From Macrostomum lignano (Eukaryota), in assembly GCA_002269645.1 (NCBI GenBank), contig NIVC01002086.1:68917-132916 (forward strand): a stretch of 64,000 bases of DNA. Reading direction: 5' to 3'. Numbering within the stretch: position 1 is the stretch's first letter; each line of letters begins with the position of its first letter. The position numbers and the translations under genes were made by a program. Below, one piece after another: positions 24,885 through 38,385 of the stretch. The notes below the pieces were generated by a model. The model was not told the DNA's origin and ran no database searches. It worked only from the letters and a program-made list of their open reading frames with translations.

Positions 24885-27800
24885 ATGAGCATTCTTGTTC
24901 TAACCTTTCTTGGAGTATTGTGTAAGTTTGCTGTTTTCACGAGGCTTCAACTTATTAACTAAAACATTGAACAGTTACTTCAAGAGCCTGAAATATCAAT
25001 AAGTGCCTTTATTTAACTATGCAGTGCCCGTAGCAACTGTTACTGCTGTGTTCTTTTTGCCGCGACCAACAAATGTTCGCTTTCACACTAATGCTGGCAG
25101 TTCAAATCAGCACTTTGGCTTCTTAGTTATTGAACTGTCAGATGGCACATCCGGTCCGGTGTGCAACCTTGGCAAATTTGATTTGCACGCTACTCGTCTG
25201 GCCTGCGTACTAATGGGATTTAATGCCTCCCTGAACGTTGCTCAACTATCCGCCTCTGAGTCTGAGCCTCCTGCAGCCTCTCCTGTTATTGCGATTAGGG
25301 ACTGCGACGATTTTAATGTGAGCTGCTGTGGCTGAGTATCGGGTAGGGAAGGTTGATGATAGTAGCTGAGGCATCTGGTAGAGTAGATTGATGGTAGTAG
25401 CTGAGCACCTGGTAGAGTAGATTGATGATAGTAGCTATGCACCTGGTAGAGTAGATTGATGGTAGTAGCTATGCACCTGGTAGAGTAGATCGATAATAGT
25501 AGCTAATGAATCTGATAGAGTAGATTGATGATAGTAGCTAAGTATCTGGTAGGGTAGATTGATTATAGTAGCTAATGAATCCGATAGAGTAGATTGATGA
25601 TAGTAGCTGAGTTTCCGGTAGAGTAGATTTATGATAGTAGCTGAGTTTCCGGTAGAGTAGATTGATGATAGTAGCTAATGAATCCGGTATGTAGATTGAT
25701 GATAGTAGCTGAGTATCCGGTAGAGTAGATTGATGATAGTAGCTAATGAATCCGGTAGAGTAGATTGATGATAGTAGCTAATGAACCCGGTAGAGTAGAT
25801 TGATGATAGTAGCTGAGATTCTGATAAGTGCTAGGATGCCTTTGCATATTTACATGTAAGCCTACTAATAGTAGTTTACTTGCATTTCTCCGCCCCACAG
25901 TTGAACATACGAAGCACCTGGGATCTATCGATCGCTTGTAAATACGTGATTGGCCGAGATATACCCAGCCAATGCCGCAGGCCGGAGAACCTGGTGCAGA
26001 TCAGCTGTCACAGCGGCTCAGGGCTGCCTACTTCACCTGCAACAACATCGCCTGTGCCTGTAATTCCACCCGTAGTCCCTAACGGTGGCGTCAGTCGTTG
26101 CGCTGACATTGGCAGCTCAATGTACGGCCATCGGTCTGTTGAATTGCGCAGAAACCGCCCGCTACTCGATGGGCGAAGCGTTTGCGCAGATCAGTTCGGT
26201 GTAGCGGAGGCGCATGCGTTCTGCTCCGCTCTGTGCTATGGGTGAGGTCGAAGTATCTGCTTTTCTGCTTCTCTGTCACTAGGTCATTTTGAATAGCCCT
26301 TAGGACACATGAGAATCGCCTTTAGGACACATTGAGAATCGCCCTTAGGACACATTGAGAATCGCCCTTAGGACACATTGAGAATCGCCCGTAGGACACA
26401 TTTAGAATCGCCCAAAGGACATTAAAGAATCACCCATAGGTCACATTTATAATCGCTCATAGGACACATTGAGAATCGCCCATAGGACACATTGATTATC
26501 GCCCTTAGGCCTTAGTACACATTCAGATTCGCCCTGAGAATAGCCCCTTTTCAACCACCAGATGAACTCCACCTCAGTGGCAGCTAAAGTACACTCACTA
26601 GTCATGCACTTTTCCAGTTCGTTCATCGGCCTACCCAGCCGTCTACCAGCCAGCACTAGCGATGCCAGAACAGATGGCATTGTACTGACCTGCAGCAGAA
26701 GCAACGGTGCTATTGCCTCTCCTGGCAACTGGCTTGACAACTGTACAACTGTTAGTGCTCCTAGTACCAGCGGCGGTTGCAAATCCGGTTTAGCCCGGCT
26801 GGAATGTCTGCCACAAGGCGACACTGTTAACAAGAGACCAAACGCTACGGTTGAGTGCAGCGATCGGGCATTTCGTGTGGCTTTTAAATTGTCTGACGGT
26901 GTGACTACGGCTGATCGGCTGACTTTGGAGTCATCTGGTGTGCACCCTGCGGCCAATTGCAGCGGAGCTGCTCGCGGCGCCAATGCTACTCACGTATGGC
27001 TGGATGTAAGCATTTCTTGTCTAGTGTCAGTCTAGCAATCCCTCCTCTCCCCACACAGAATCCCTCCTCACCCCACACAGATTCGCCCCTCACCCCACAC
27101 AGAATCCCCCCTCACACCACACAGAATCCCCCCACACCACACAGATTCGCCCCTCACCCCACACAGAATCCCCCCTCACACCACACAGAATCCCCCCACA
27201 CCACACAGAATCCCCCCTCACACCACACAGAATCGCTCTTCACCCCACACAGAATCGCCCTTCACCCCACACAGAATCGCCCTTCACCCCACACAGAATC
27301 GCCCCTCACACCACACAGAATCCCCCCACACCACACAGAATCGCCCTTCACCCCACACAGAATCGCCTCTCACATCACACAGAATCGCCTTTCACCCCAC
27401 ACAGAATCGCCCCTCACACCACACAGAATCGCCCTTCACCCCACACAGAATCGCCCCACACAGAATCGCCCCTCACCCCACACAGAATCGCCCCTCACAC
27501 CACACAGAATCGCCCCTCACCCCACACAAAATCGCCCCTCACCCCACACAGAATCGCCCCTCACCCCACACAGAATCGCCCCTCACACCACACAGAATCC
27601 CCCCACACCACACAGAATCCCCCCACACCACACAGAATCGCCCTTCACCCCACACAGAATCGCCTCTCACATCACACAGAATCGCCTTTCACCCCACACA
27701 GAATCGCCCCTCACACCACACAGAATCGCCCTTCACCCCACACAGAATCGCCCCTCACCCCACACAGAATCGCCCCTCACACCACACAGAATCGCCCCTC

Positions 27801-28875
27801 ACCCCACACAAAATCGCCCCTCACCCCACACAGAATCGCCCCTCACACCACACAGAATCGCCCCTCACCCCACACAAAATCGCCCCTCACCCCACACAGA
27901 ATCGCCCCTCACCCCACACAGAATCGCCCCTCACACCACACAGAATCCCCCCACACCACACAGAATCGCCCTTCACCCCACACAGAATCGCCCCTCACCC
28001 CACACACTCCCTCCTCCCCGCAGCTGCCCTACACGGAGTGCAACGTCAGCCAAGGCTACAACAGCTCTCACCAGTTGTACCGCATGGAACTCCGCCTATT
28101 GCCAGCTTCGTCAATCTCAAACTCAGCTTCATCTGCCCCGGTATACACGGATATCCCATTAAGATATCCCATCCTGTGCGTTCTGCCCAGTCGGGACAGC
28201 CTCGCTGCTCCGGCTGTAGCCGTGGCCTCAATTCCAATGTCCGAATCTGCTGGCCAAGCAAAATTCCTCACGGATATTGGTTTATTTGCTCGATTATCCC
28301 TATCGGCCGACGGTCGCGGGTTCGAATTCCAACAGCCGTTGAACGAGCATCGTCAATCGGCTGTACAGTTGGGCCAACCAATATTTGCCCGGATTCGACT
28401 GTTAAATGTTGACGATTCGTTGTCTGTGCGACTGCAACTATTGGAATGTTGGGCTACTGATCGGCCTGATAGTGGCTCACTGCCGCGCTACGACCTGCTG
28501 GTCAACCGGTGCCCAACAGCCAATGTTCGACTAATTGACGTCTCGGATCGGATTGTAGGCCTGCAGTTTCTAGCGTTTCGTTTCAATACAGCTGACGCAT
28601 CTGGCAAGCTCTACGTGCATTGCAATCGAAGCGTTTGCAATCGATCCGACGCTATCGGCTGTCGTGGCTGCGACTCCTCTACTGGCGCCGTTTTGTTGGC
28701 GCGTCAGCGGCGCGCCGCCATCAGCAGCGTCAGGTTGACTGCGGCAGATTTGTCCGCCGGAACTGTCCGCGTCCTGACCAGTGGCGCCGCTATGATTGGC
28801 CTCGGTTCTAATCTGATTTTCTATTATTTTTTGTCGGTGCTTATTATGCTACTGACTAGCCAGCTTTGTCAGTAG
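24885..28875 (+). CDS. SRCR-like x2 + ZP-domain protein (DMBT1-like architecture), ~636 aa, signal peptide and C-terminal hydrophobic anchor
   Basis: Exons 24885-24921, 25025-25317, 25901-26241, 26618-27005, 28024-28875. All introns are GT-AG with phases 1,0,2,0, total 1911 nt. Signal peptide MSILVLTFLGVLL; SRCR-like GPVCNLGKFDLHATRLACVLMGF and SVCADQFGVAEAHAFCSALCY; ZP-N VECSDRAF..WLDLPYTEC; ZP-C LLECWAT..YDLLVNRCP..FLAFRF..LYVHCNRSVC; furin site RQRR; hydrophobic tail. Confidence 0.85.
25331..25826. repeat. Intronic minisatellite, 34-35-bp unit (ggtagagtagattgatgatagtagctga...)
   Basis: About 14 tandem copies filling ZP-gene intron 2. Confidence 0.95.
26290..26545. repeat. Intronic minisatellite, 23-bp unit (gagaatcgcccttaggacacatt)
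   Basis: About 10 copies in ZP-gene intron 3. Confidence 0.9.
27040..28010. repeat. Intronic minisatellite, ~20-22-bp unit (cacacagaatcgcccctcacc)
   Basis: Fills ZP-gene intron 4. Source of the spurious 401-aa P/H/T ORF. Confidence 0.95.
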
Positions 28876-29894
28876 TGCAGTTTGAGTATTTTGTTTATTT
28901 GGCTCACACATACTAAAATTACTAAGACCAGCGAATACTTAAATAGGAGGACGAGGTTAAGAATGAATGAATTTTCGAATCTGAAGCGGTCTGAAGTCAG
29001 TAAAGCGGGATGAAAATGCTAATCTAATGTGTCTGCTTGTGGAAAGCCAGAAGCGAATAAAAAGTAGATTGCGCTTTTTGCGAATGGCATATCTAGTACT
29101 CATTCTTGTATCTGTGCTTTGGTGTAAACTTTTTTTTAAAATACTGAATCAAGTATCTACTTTCTGTCTCCTCCGTACCAGTAGTGTAATTAGGAACTTC
29201 ATCTGTTGTAAAATTGAGAAGCATTAATCGCCCTTAAAACCGTTACCTACCTACCTATTAACTTATTTTCGGTCATTATTATGCTACTGACTGGCCGTCT
29301 TTGTCAGTAGTGCAGCTCAAAAGTTTTGTAAGGATCTACATTTTTTATAATTTAAAATAATTACGTTGCTTTTATTAAGCTGTAATCAAAGTATGCTAAT
29401 TCTCATGCATTAAATACTGCTGCCTGTCTTCCACGCGTTAGTACTTTAGTTCGTTTTTTTATCGATTTCGCATTAAGGAAGCTTCGCAAACTGTATTGAA
29501 CCTTTTTATAACGTTTTTTGATCGCAATTTTTATCAGCTTACTATAAACTAAAGTTTTGTGCAATACTTTTAACTATACAATATTCGCTTTTCAAAAAAT
29601 TGTACTTTTCTACGGTTTTGCATTAGCAGTCTGCATTAAATAGTGTTCTGATCTCAAATATAAAAATAGTATTCAAATTCCGTAATTCTGACTTATATAT
29701 TTTACGATTGTAATCGCAAAAAATACTTCACCTTGTTTGTTTAAATAAAATATTTGGCTACACTTTTATATAACAAAACCGATTTATCTGGGTCAACATT
29801 GCGTGTCCACCATAGCTACTATTAATTTGGAAATGCCATTCACGCCTCCATATTTATTCGCTCTTTTAACGTAAAATAAGCTTTTGTAGTCCTA

Positions 29895-30031
29895 TAGATA
29901 GACAGACAGATAGATAGACAGATATTAGATAGACAGATAGATAGATAGATAGATAGACAGACAGATAGATAGACAGACAGATAGATAGACAGATATTAGA
30001 TAGACAGATAGATAGATAGATAGATAGATAT

Positions 30032-30062
<31 letters not shown>

Positions 30063-30116
30063 TTAGATAGATAGATAGATAGACAGATAGATAGATAGAT
30101 AGATAGATAGACAGAC

Positions 30117-30167
<51 letters not shown>

Positions 30168-30276
30168 CAGATATTAGATAGACAGATAGATAGATAGATA
30201 GATAGACAGACAGATAGATAGACAGATAGATAGATAGATAGATAGATATTAGATAGATAGATAGATAGATAGATAT

Positions 30277-30315
<39 letters not shown>

Positions 30316-30337
30316 TTAGATAGATAGATAGATAGAC

Positions 30338-30372
<35 letters not shown>

Positions 30373-30377
30373 CAGAC

Positions 30378-30420
<43 letters not shown>

Positions 30421-30464
30421 CAGATATTAGATAGACATATAGATAGATAGATAGATAGACAGAC

Positions 30465-30515
<51 letters not shown>

Positions 30516-30624
30516 CAGATATTAGATAGACAGATAGATAGATAGATAGATAGACAGACAGATAGATAGACAGATAGATAGATAGATAGATAGATATTAG
30601 ATAGATAGATAGATAGATAGATAT

Positions 30625-30659
<35 letters not shown>

Positions 30660-30783
30660 TTAGATAGATAGATAGATAGACAGATAGATAGACAGATAGA
30701 TAGATAGATAGATAGACAGACAGATAGATAGATAGATAGACAGACAGATAGATAGACAGATAGATAGATAGATAGATAGATAT

Positions 30784-30845
<62 letters not shown>

Positions 30846-30882
30846 TTAGATAGATAGATAGATAGACAGATATTAGATAGAC

Positions 30883-30917
<35 letters not shown>

Positions 30918-30965
30918 CAGACAGATAGATAGACAGACAGATAGATAGACAGATATTAGATAGAC

Positions 30966-31004
<39 letters not shown>

Positions 31005-31068
31005 CAGACAGATAGATAGACAGACAGATAGATAGACAGATATTAGATAGACAGATAGATAGATAGAT

Positions 31069-31113
<45 letters not shown>

Positions 31114-31143
31114 TATATTAGATAGATAGATAGATAGATAGAC

Positions 31144-31240
<97 letters not shown>
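29895..31240. repeat. (GATA)n/(GACA)n microsatellite, ~1.35 kb
   Basis: Seen directly in the sequence. Confidence 0.98.
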
Positions 31241-31414
31241 TCTCCTGGACAAAAGATATTGCCGTTATTTGGACTTGGACTTCAAGCAAGAAGTTTCATG
31301 TCACAGGAAATTGAATTACTAAGCCGGCACTTCAGCAAAATCTGCATGTTTAACTGTCATGTGATATCTAATTGATAAGGCCTTCTAGATTGTGGATTTT
31401 CCTGTTAATGGTGA

Positions 31415-31590
31415 GCTTCCAGTTTATGGGGTGTTTCCAGTTTATGGGGTGTTTCCAGTTTATGGGGTGTTTCCAGTTTATCGGGAGTTTCCAGTTTATG
31501 GGCAGTTTCCAGTTTATGGGCAGTTTCCAGTTTATGGGCAGTTTCTAGTTTATGGGCAGTTTCTAGTTTATGGGAAGATTCCCGTTTATG
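31415..31590. repeat. 18-bp minisatellite (tttccagtttatggggtg)
   Basis: About 9 copies. Confidence 0.9.
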
Positions 31591-32079
31591 CGAGTCGGTC
31601 ATTTCCCACACTGTTGGCCAAATGGACACGCCGGCAGCTCTGGACTTAACAAAGCGAAGTGGCGTGCGACCAAAGCAGACGGTCATGCAGAGCGAGGGCT
31701 CCTCAATCGGTCCTGATTCCGCCCCACCTGAGTCCGTTGAGTTTAATGCCTAATGGCCGCTAGTTATAATAATTATTGTGACAGGGTCAGTGTGTAGATG
31801 ATCAGTCGGCACTTCGATTCAGCCAAGCGGATCGCAGCCTCCGCTCAGTAATGGGATGATTATGATGAAGCTGAGGCAAGGAGATCTTTAACAACAATTT
31901 GGCTTATCAACTAGTGTTCAGGCACAATGAAACCCGTTCTTGTTTTTGAGCCTGAAACTGTAAGAGAGAATAAAATTCTAAACTATGGTGGATGGCAATT
32001 CGCATTTCACAACTTTCGCAACACCACAACAACAACTGGACTTCCATGCGAAATTCTTATCCCCAAATTTGGGGATTTA

Positions 32080-32260
32080 CGAAATTTTGGGATTTGAAAA
32101 ATTTGGGGATTTTGAAATTTGGAGTTTATTAATTTGAAGGAGTTGTGGAATTCGGGGGTTTATGAAACTTTTGAGATTTGTGAAATTTTGGGATTTTGTG
32201 AAATTTGGGGATTTGTGAAATTAGGGGATTTGTGAAATTAGGGGATTTGTAAAATTTAGG
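32080..32260. repeat. Degenerate ~17-18-bp tandem repeat (ttggggatttgtgaaat)
   Basis: Seen directly in the sequence. Confidence 0.75.
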
Positions 32261-32949
32261 CACTCCAGATCCCAGGTTCGAACTGAAGTCTCCTTGGCTT
32301 GGATTGCGCGAAATCTTTCGCGAATCCTGAGCAGTCGGTGGACATTGCTGCGGGGGGTCCTGGCCCTCCTCGGGTCTCTAGAATCCCCCACCCACCCACC
32401 ACCCTTCTCGCCCCGCCTTCACAAAGCTTCCCCTGCCAGTCTTTGTTGCTCACTTTCTTCTAAACGAGGCTAATTTTCGATTAGAAGAGGAGGCACGAAA
32501 AGGGAAAGCGGCATGCGAATGAGAAGAGAATTCGAGTGAGTGGAAGAGATCGCAGGGTTCTAACATCCGTTACGGACTTAACAAGGATCTTATTGAAATA
32601 GGGGTTAGTCTTCACTTTGCAATTTGGTGACCGCATCGCAACCAGACTGCTTTATATACATCTACTGCATATAGCTATACTCGCAACCCAGAGTTGGCAA
32701 CTCAAGTCGAGCGTGTAGTTTTTAATTCGGCTTTTTAAATTGTTTAATATTAACAGAGCGCTTTTCATGGCACAGTGAAGTAGAGACTTATGTAACTGAA
32801 TAGGGAGAGTTCAAAGGTGACTCTATCAAAATATTAATTGTTTATATCAGAACTTACTTTTCAACTCTAGGATTTAAAAAATTAATTTTAATTGCTTTCA
32901 TACAAACTACCACTGCTCCTTTGGAATAACTTTCTCAGCTTTCTTCTTG

Positions 32950-33600
32950 TCTATGAGAATCGCCTCGGATTCCCAATGAGAATCACCTCAAAATCCCAAT
33001 GAGAATCACCTCAAATTCCCCATGAGAATCACCTCGGATTCCCCATGAGAATCGCCTCGGATTCCCCATGAGAATCGCCTCGGATTCCCCATGAGAATCG
33101 CTTTGGATTCCCCATGAGAATCACCTCTAATTCTCCATGAGAATCGCCTCGAATTCCCCCTTGACAATTGCCTCGAATTCCCCATGAGAATTGCCTTGAA
33201 TTCCCCATGAGAATCGCTTTGAATTCCCCATGAAAATCGTTTTGAATTCCCCATGAGAATCGCTTTGAATTCCCCATGAGAATCGCCTCAAACTCCTATT
33301 GAGAATCGCCTCGAATTCTTCATGAGAATCGCCTCAAATTCCCCATTGATAATCGCCTAAAATTCATCATGACAATAGCCTCGGATTCCATGAGAATCGC
33401 CTATAATTCCCCATTGAGAATCGCTTATAATTCCCCATTGAGAATCGCCTATAATTCCCCATTGAGAATCGCCTATAATTCCCCATTGAGAATCGCCTAT
33501 AATTCCCCATTGAGAATCGCCTATAATTCCCCATTGAGAATCGCATATAATTCCCCATTGAGAATCGCCTATAATTCCCCATTGAGAATCGCTTTGAATT
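32950..33600. repeat. 23-24-bp minisatellite (gagaatcgcctcggattccccat / gagaatcgcctataattccccatt)
   Basis: About 25 copies in two sub-arrays. Confidence 0.95.
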
Positions 33601-35184
33601 CTCGATACCACGAGCTCGTCTAGAATTACCAGCATTAATCGCATGCCTTTCCTCTCACCCAATCCTCAATCCTGCTAGCCTATATAATTTCTATTCTCAA
33701 GCGGTTTATAGCTCGTAATAACGCTTTAGTCCATCAGTGCCTCTGGCTATAAATTGAAGACTGAAGATAAGCGACAGTGATTATATAAGACAAGCTATGT
33801 AGATTTAATGGACTGCACAGTTAATATTATTGCAATCTTTGTCTATTATAAGATATAGCTTAATTCTCTGAGACAAAGTTGCGATTGGGATCAAACACGT
33901 CTATTCCAGTTTTGTGAGCTCAAATTCTGCAACAGACGCCCCTGAAAGGGCTGAAGCAGGCAGGTGCTGGGACTGCAGGGCTATAGGGCTGCTGTTTTCA
34001 AGTTTCTTTGAACTGGCGTAATGCCTCATCTATTACAGGCTCATCACCCCGAGCTTGGACATGACACCCTCACGGGCCACCGGTTGATCCTGCAACATCC
34101 TGGTCCCCCGTGAGCCCCGCTAATTATAGCGCTAAGGGGGCGGGCTCGGGGGTGGGATTTTGGGGGGTCAGTGGCTCCTTCAGCAGCTTCTCCCGAGCCA
34201 ACTGTTCGATAAATTCACCGAATTCGCGAATATCTCTACAATCCCTAGGGAAGAACACTTTCCCTGCAGCGTTTCCAGTTTTTGAGTAGGATATGATGGC
34301 TGGTCCCAGAGCTGCCCCCCTTCCCCTGTCATTGTCTCCCATCGAGGCCTGCCCCCCCCCCTGCAGCAGAAGACAACTTTTCTATCTTTTTATCTGAAAG
34401 AAATTAAAAAACACGGCCCCAGACAGGCAGGCAGGTGTGCCAGGTGCCGTCTCATGCAACCTCTTTTTGCTTCAATTTTCCAACTCGTCTAGTTCCTCAA
34501 TTATTCGACTCCATTATAGTTAGATCTAGAATTCAGATCCCACTCAGTCGTCATCCGTCATAGTTCACTGAGCACACAGTTATCCCAATGGCTATAGCCC
34601 GGGCTGTTTTTTCCCCAGTTCTCCGCAAGATCCTGTTTGCAAACAAAGATTATATATTTTTTAAGATGTCGACTGCCGTATCAGTGCTGTGTGACAACAT
34701 TCAAGGGTCTTGTTGAACTCCGAACTTGCAAAAGTCTTTGTAATCTCATTTTGCTCTCTTTCTCTCCATTTCACTTCATCAATCTTGGAGGTTGACCCTG
34801 AGGGGGTTAAACCTTCTTTATCGACAAGTCTCTACAGTATCCGTAGAGTGGCCTATTTTGTAAACACTTTAATATCTTTACTCATATCTGTAAAGTTTGT
34901 ATCCTAGCCAGAAGTGAAAGTGTCACAGCTTAAAGCCACGAGGCTTTTTTGATGCAGCTGCTCATCTTAGCGTCGTCAGACTCCGCTTGCTTGCTCAGAT
35001 TCTTATTCATAACTAATAGACAGTGCTTGCGGTGGGCAAGACGGGAGCAGGTGATTTTTTTAAATATATAAAGCCACCGATTATGCGGATTTGTTTGATT
35101 GATGAAGCAGTTTACGTGTTAAGTATAGCTCTAAGTAGCTTCAATTAGAGCTACATCTATACTCAATAAAGTCTCACAAAATTG

Positions 35185-35885
35185 TGATACAGAAGACAGG
35201 GAAGTGATGGACTGGACAGGAATAGAGAGGACAGGGAAAGTGATGGACTGGACAGGGATAGAGAGGACAAGGAAAGTGATGGACTGGACAAGAATAGAGA
35301 GGACAAGGAAAGTGATGGACTGGACAAGAATAGAGAGGACAAGGAAAGTGATGGACTGGACAAGAATAGAGAGGACAAGGAAAGTGATGGACTGGACAAG
35401 AATAGAGAGGACAAGGAAAGTGATGGACTGGACAAGAATAGAGAGGACAGGGAAGTGATGGACTGGACAAGAATAGAGAGGACAGGGAAGTGATGGACTG
35501 GACAAGAATAGAGAGGACAGGGAAGTGATGGACTGGACAGGAATAGAGAGGACAGGGAATTGATGGACTGGACAGGAATAGAGAGGACAGGGAAAGTGAT
35601 GGACTGGACAGGAATAGAGAGGACAGGGAAAGTGATGGACTGGACAGGAATAGAGAGGACAGGAAAAGTGATGGACTGGACAGGAATAGAGAGGACAGGA
35701 AAAGTGATAACTGGACAGGAATAGAGAGGACAGGGAAAGTGATGGACTGGACAGGAATAGAGAGGACAGGGAAAGTGATGGACTGGACAGGAATAGAGAG
35801 GACAGGGAAAGTGATGGACTGGACAGGAATAGAGGACAGGGAAAGTGATGGACTGGACAGGAATAGAGAGGACAGGGAAAGTGAT
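35185..35885. repeat. 36-bp minisatellite (gatggactggacaggaatagagaggacagggaaagt)
   Basis: About 19 copies. Confidence 0.95.
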
Positions 35886-36310
35886 GGAGGCTGGGGGGTT
35901 CGAATAGCGGGAAAGATAAGTCAGGGAGGTGAGATAGATGGAGAAGGTTTGTACAAGCCTATCACTTGTGTTCAATTGCTCAAGGCAATTAGAACTCACA
36001 AGTTATAAATTAATCATTAATAACCGTGCGGGATTTACATACACTGCTCAGAAGATCTTGCAGACAATGCAGAATAAGGCTCGGGTGAGATTCGGGTGTT
36101 TTATTTACTCAAATCTCTCCGCCATCCTTATTAAAAACCTGTCGCAGGATCTTATAGTCTTTGTTTGCTGCCTGGCCTCTCAAACTGCAGAGCTTATATT
36201 TAGGTCTTTGTTTTAATGGCGATATTTAGAAATTTCCCCGTAATTCGCCCCGTAGGCCTCAATTCTGGTGCGGCCGATTTCGGTGTCGGGTTTCTAATTC
36301 TCTTTATAGC

Positions 36311-36375
36311 CGCGCCCGCCATGCGTTATGGGGTGCGAGCGATGGAGGAACAGCGGATGAAGCTGTTGGAGCAGT
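36311..36375 (+). other. Possible isolated exon (..AMRYGVRAMEEQRMKLLE)
   Basis: Preceded by ttctctttatag and followed by gtgagt, with one open frame. Could not be joined to other exons. Confidence 0.3.
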
Positions 36376-36489
36376 GAGTATTCGGACTGCGAAGTTGGTC
36401 CCGTTTTAGAAAGGAATTTTAGAATAGTACGAGGATCTAAGGATATTTGAGGATATGGCAGAGTATGAGATCATATCGTTGATATGGAC

Positions 36490-36830
36490 AGATCTAAGGA
36501 ATATGGGGAATCTTTCTGTGATATGGGGAATCGCTCTGACATATGGGGAATCTCTCTGAGATTGGGGAATCTCTCTGTGATATGGGGGATCTCTCTGGGA
36601 TATGGGGAATCTATCTGGGATATGGGGAATCTCTCTGGGATATGGGGAATCTTTCTGGGATATGGGGAATCTCTCTGGGATATGGGGAATCTCTCTGTTA
36701 TATGGGGGATGTCTCTGTGTTTTAAGGGATCTATATTTACAATAGTTCTAAAGGGAATTCTAAAAGAGATCTATAGACAATATCACCTGTCAGGATAAAG
36801 GGAAACTTTCTGGGATATGGGGAATCTGAA
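36490..36830. repeat. 20-bp minisatellite (gatatggggaatctctctgg)
   Basis: About 12 copies. Confidence 0.9.
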
Positions 36831-37234
36831 ATGGGGTTTGTGTAAACTCTATGGGATTTTTTGAGTTTTTAAGGAACTCATTTGGCAGTCTAGAGAGCTA
36901 TGGGAATAAATCAACTGGCATGATGTGAGGCGACTGTAAGAGGCTGATCTACATCTAATTAAGAGGCTGGTAATAATTTAAGGATGCTTGACCTGAGCAT
37001 AATTATTGTATGTGTATAACCCTATACGCGCAACTCATGACACGACACACTATATTAGTATGTATAATTGCAGGGTAGTCTGCGCTTTTCAAGTTGCGCA
37101 ATTTTCTATCAGCACTCGTGTAGTATATACGTGTATAGCGTGTCATTATATGATTGGCGGTGTTAGGGATATAGGCCATAGACTATATCGTCCCGTTGTT
37201 AAAAGCAGGGCTTAGTCTAACGTTACCCGATACT

Positions 37235-37535
37235 GTGATAGTGATAGTGAGAGACAGACACGGGGATGAAGGCTGTGATAGTGAGAGACAGACACGGGGA
37301 TAAAGGCTGTGACAGTGAGAGACAGACACGGGGATAAAGGCTGTGATAGTGAGAGACAGACACGGGGATGAAGGCTGTGATAGTGAGAGACAGACACGGG
37401 GATGAAGGCTGTGATAGTGAGAGACAGACACGGGGATGAAGGCTGTGATAGTGAGAGACAGACAGGGGATGAAGGCTGTGATAGTGAGAGACAGACAGGG
37501 AGGGGATAAAGGCTGTGACAGTGAGAGACAGACAG
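37235..37535. repeat. 34-bp minisatellite (gtgagagacagacacggggatgaaggctgtgata)
   Basis: About 8 copies. Confidence 0.95.
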
Positions 37536-38039
37536 GTACAGTATGAAGTAAATAAAACATTAACAAGCCGCCGCAGAAAGAATAAGACTATAGTTAGTGA
37601 TGTTGCGTGTCAAACATCAGAACCCAGCCGTGGATAAAATAATACGTAATGGTGGGTCGGACGGCAAACACGCGTGTTGATTGTTTCTGAAATTCGCGTC
37701 TATATACAAAACTAAGAAAAGCGGCCTCTTTATATGAAAATTGCTGTATTATAAATTGGTATTATTTAGTTGCCAAGTTTCAAACATCTGAGCTGCTGTT
37801 CTCGAGTTTAAAACCTGCATGCCCTCAACTCTTGGTATATACAATTGAACTGTAGTAAATGAATGAGTTTAGTAAGTTCGCGTGCGGTGTAAATTTGAGA
37901 TTTAAAAGAATTATAACAAATAGTTCTAAGCAGGTGGCCGCCTGCAGAAAAGAATTGCTAATTGATTGGTTTCTGCTTATGCAATTATACGAGGGGGGGG
38001 GGGGGGCATCATAAACCCAAAATATCATGACTCCGAAAG

Positions 38040-38385
38040 TGTAGGGTCCGTAGGGTCCTGTAATTTCAGCGGGCGGGTCCTGCACTGAAGGCTCATAGGG
38101 TCCTGTAGTTTCAGCGGGCAGGTCCTGCACTGAAGGGTCATAGGGTCCTGTAGTTTCAGCGGGCGGGTCCTGTAGTTTCAGCGGGCGGGTCCTGTAGTTT
38201 CAGCGGGCGGGTCCTGTAGTTTCAGCGGGCGGGTCCTGTAGTTTCAGCGGGCGGGTCCTGTAGTTTCAGCGGGCGAGTCTTGCACTGAAAGGTCATAGGG
38301 TCCTGTAGTTTCAGCGGGCGGGTCCTGCACTGAAGGGTCGTAGGGTCCTGTAGTTTCAGCGGGCGGGTCCTGCACTGTATGACTT
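38040..38385. repeat. 22-bp minisatellite (gggtcctgtagtttcagcgggc) with longer variant units
   Basis: Seen directly, ~430 bp upstream of the INSM-like ATG. Confidence 0.9.

Larger units (their letters stand above)
31590..35050 (-). pseudogene. Decayed minus-strand coding-like segments interleaved with minisatellites
   Basis: Protein-like stretches broken by stops, e.g. SKTGNAAGKVFFPRDCRDIREFGEFIEQLAREKLL (34124-34342), DEPVIDEALRQFKET (~34000), LVDKEGLTPSGSTSKIDEVKWRERE (~34800) and AEAAIRLAESKCRLII (~31830). No family recognised. Confidence 0.3.

Noticed and set aside
26957-28162. 401-aa PHT-rich ORF
   Set aside because: Translation of an intronic minisatellite of the ZP gene in a different frame.
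31622-31753. Short + strand ORF MDTPAALDLTK... with a CtBP-like DLT motif
   Set aside because: Only 43 codons, has no credible acceptor, and overlaps decayed minus-strand coding-like sequence.
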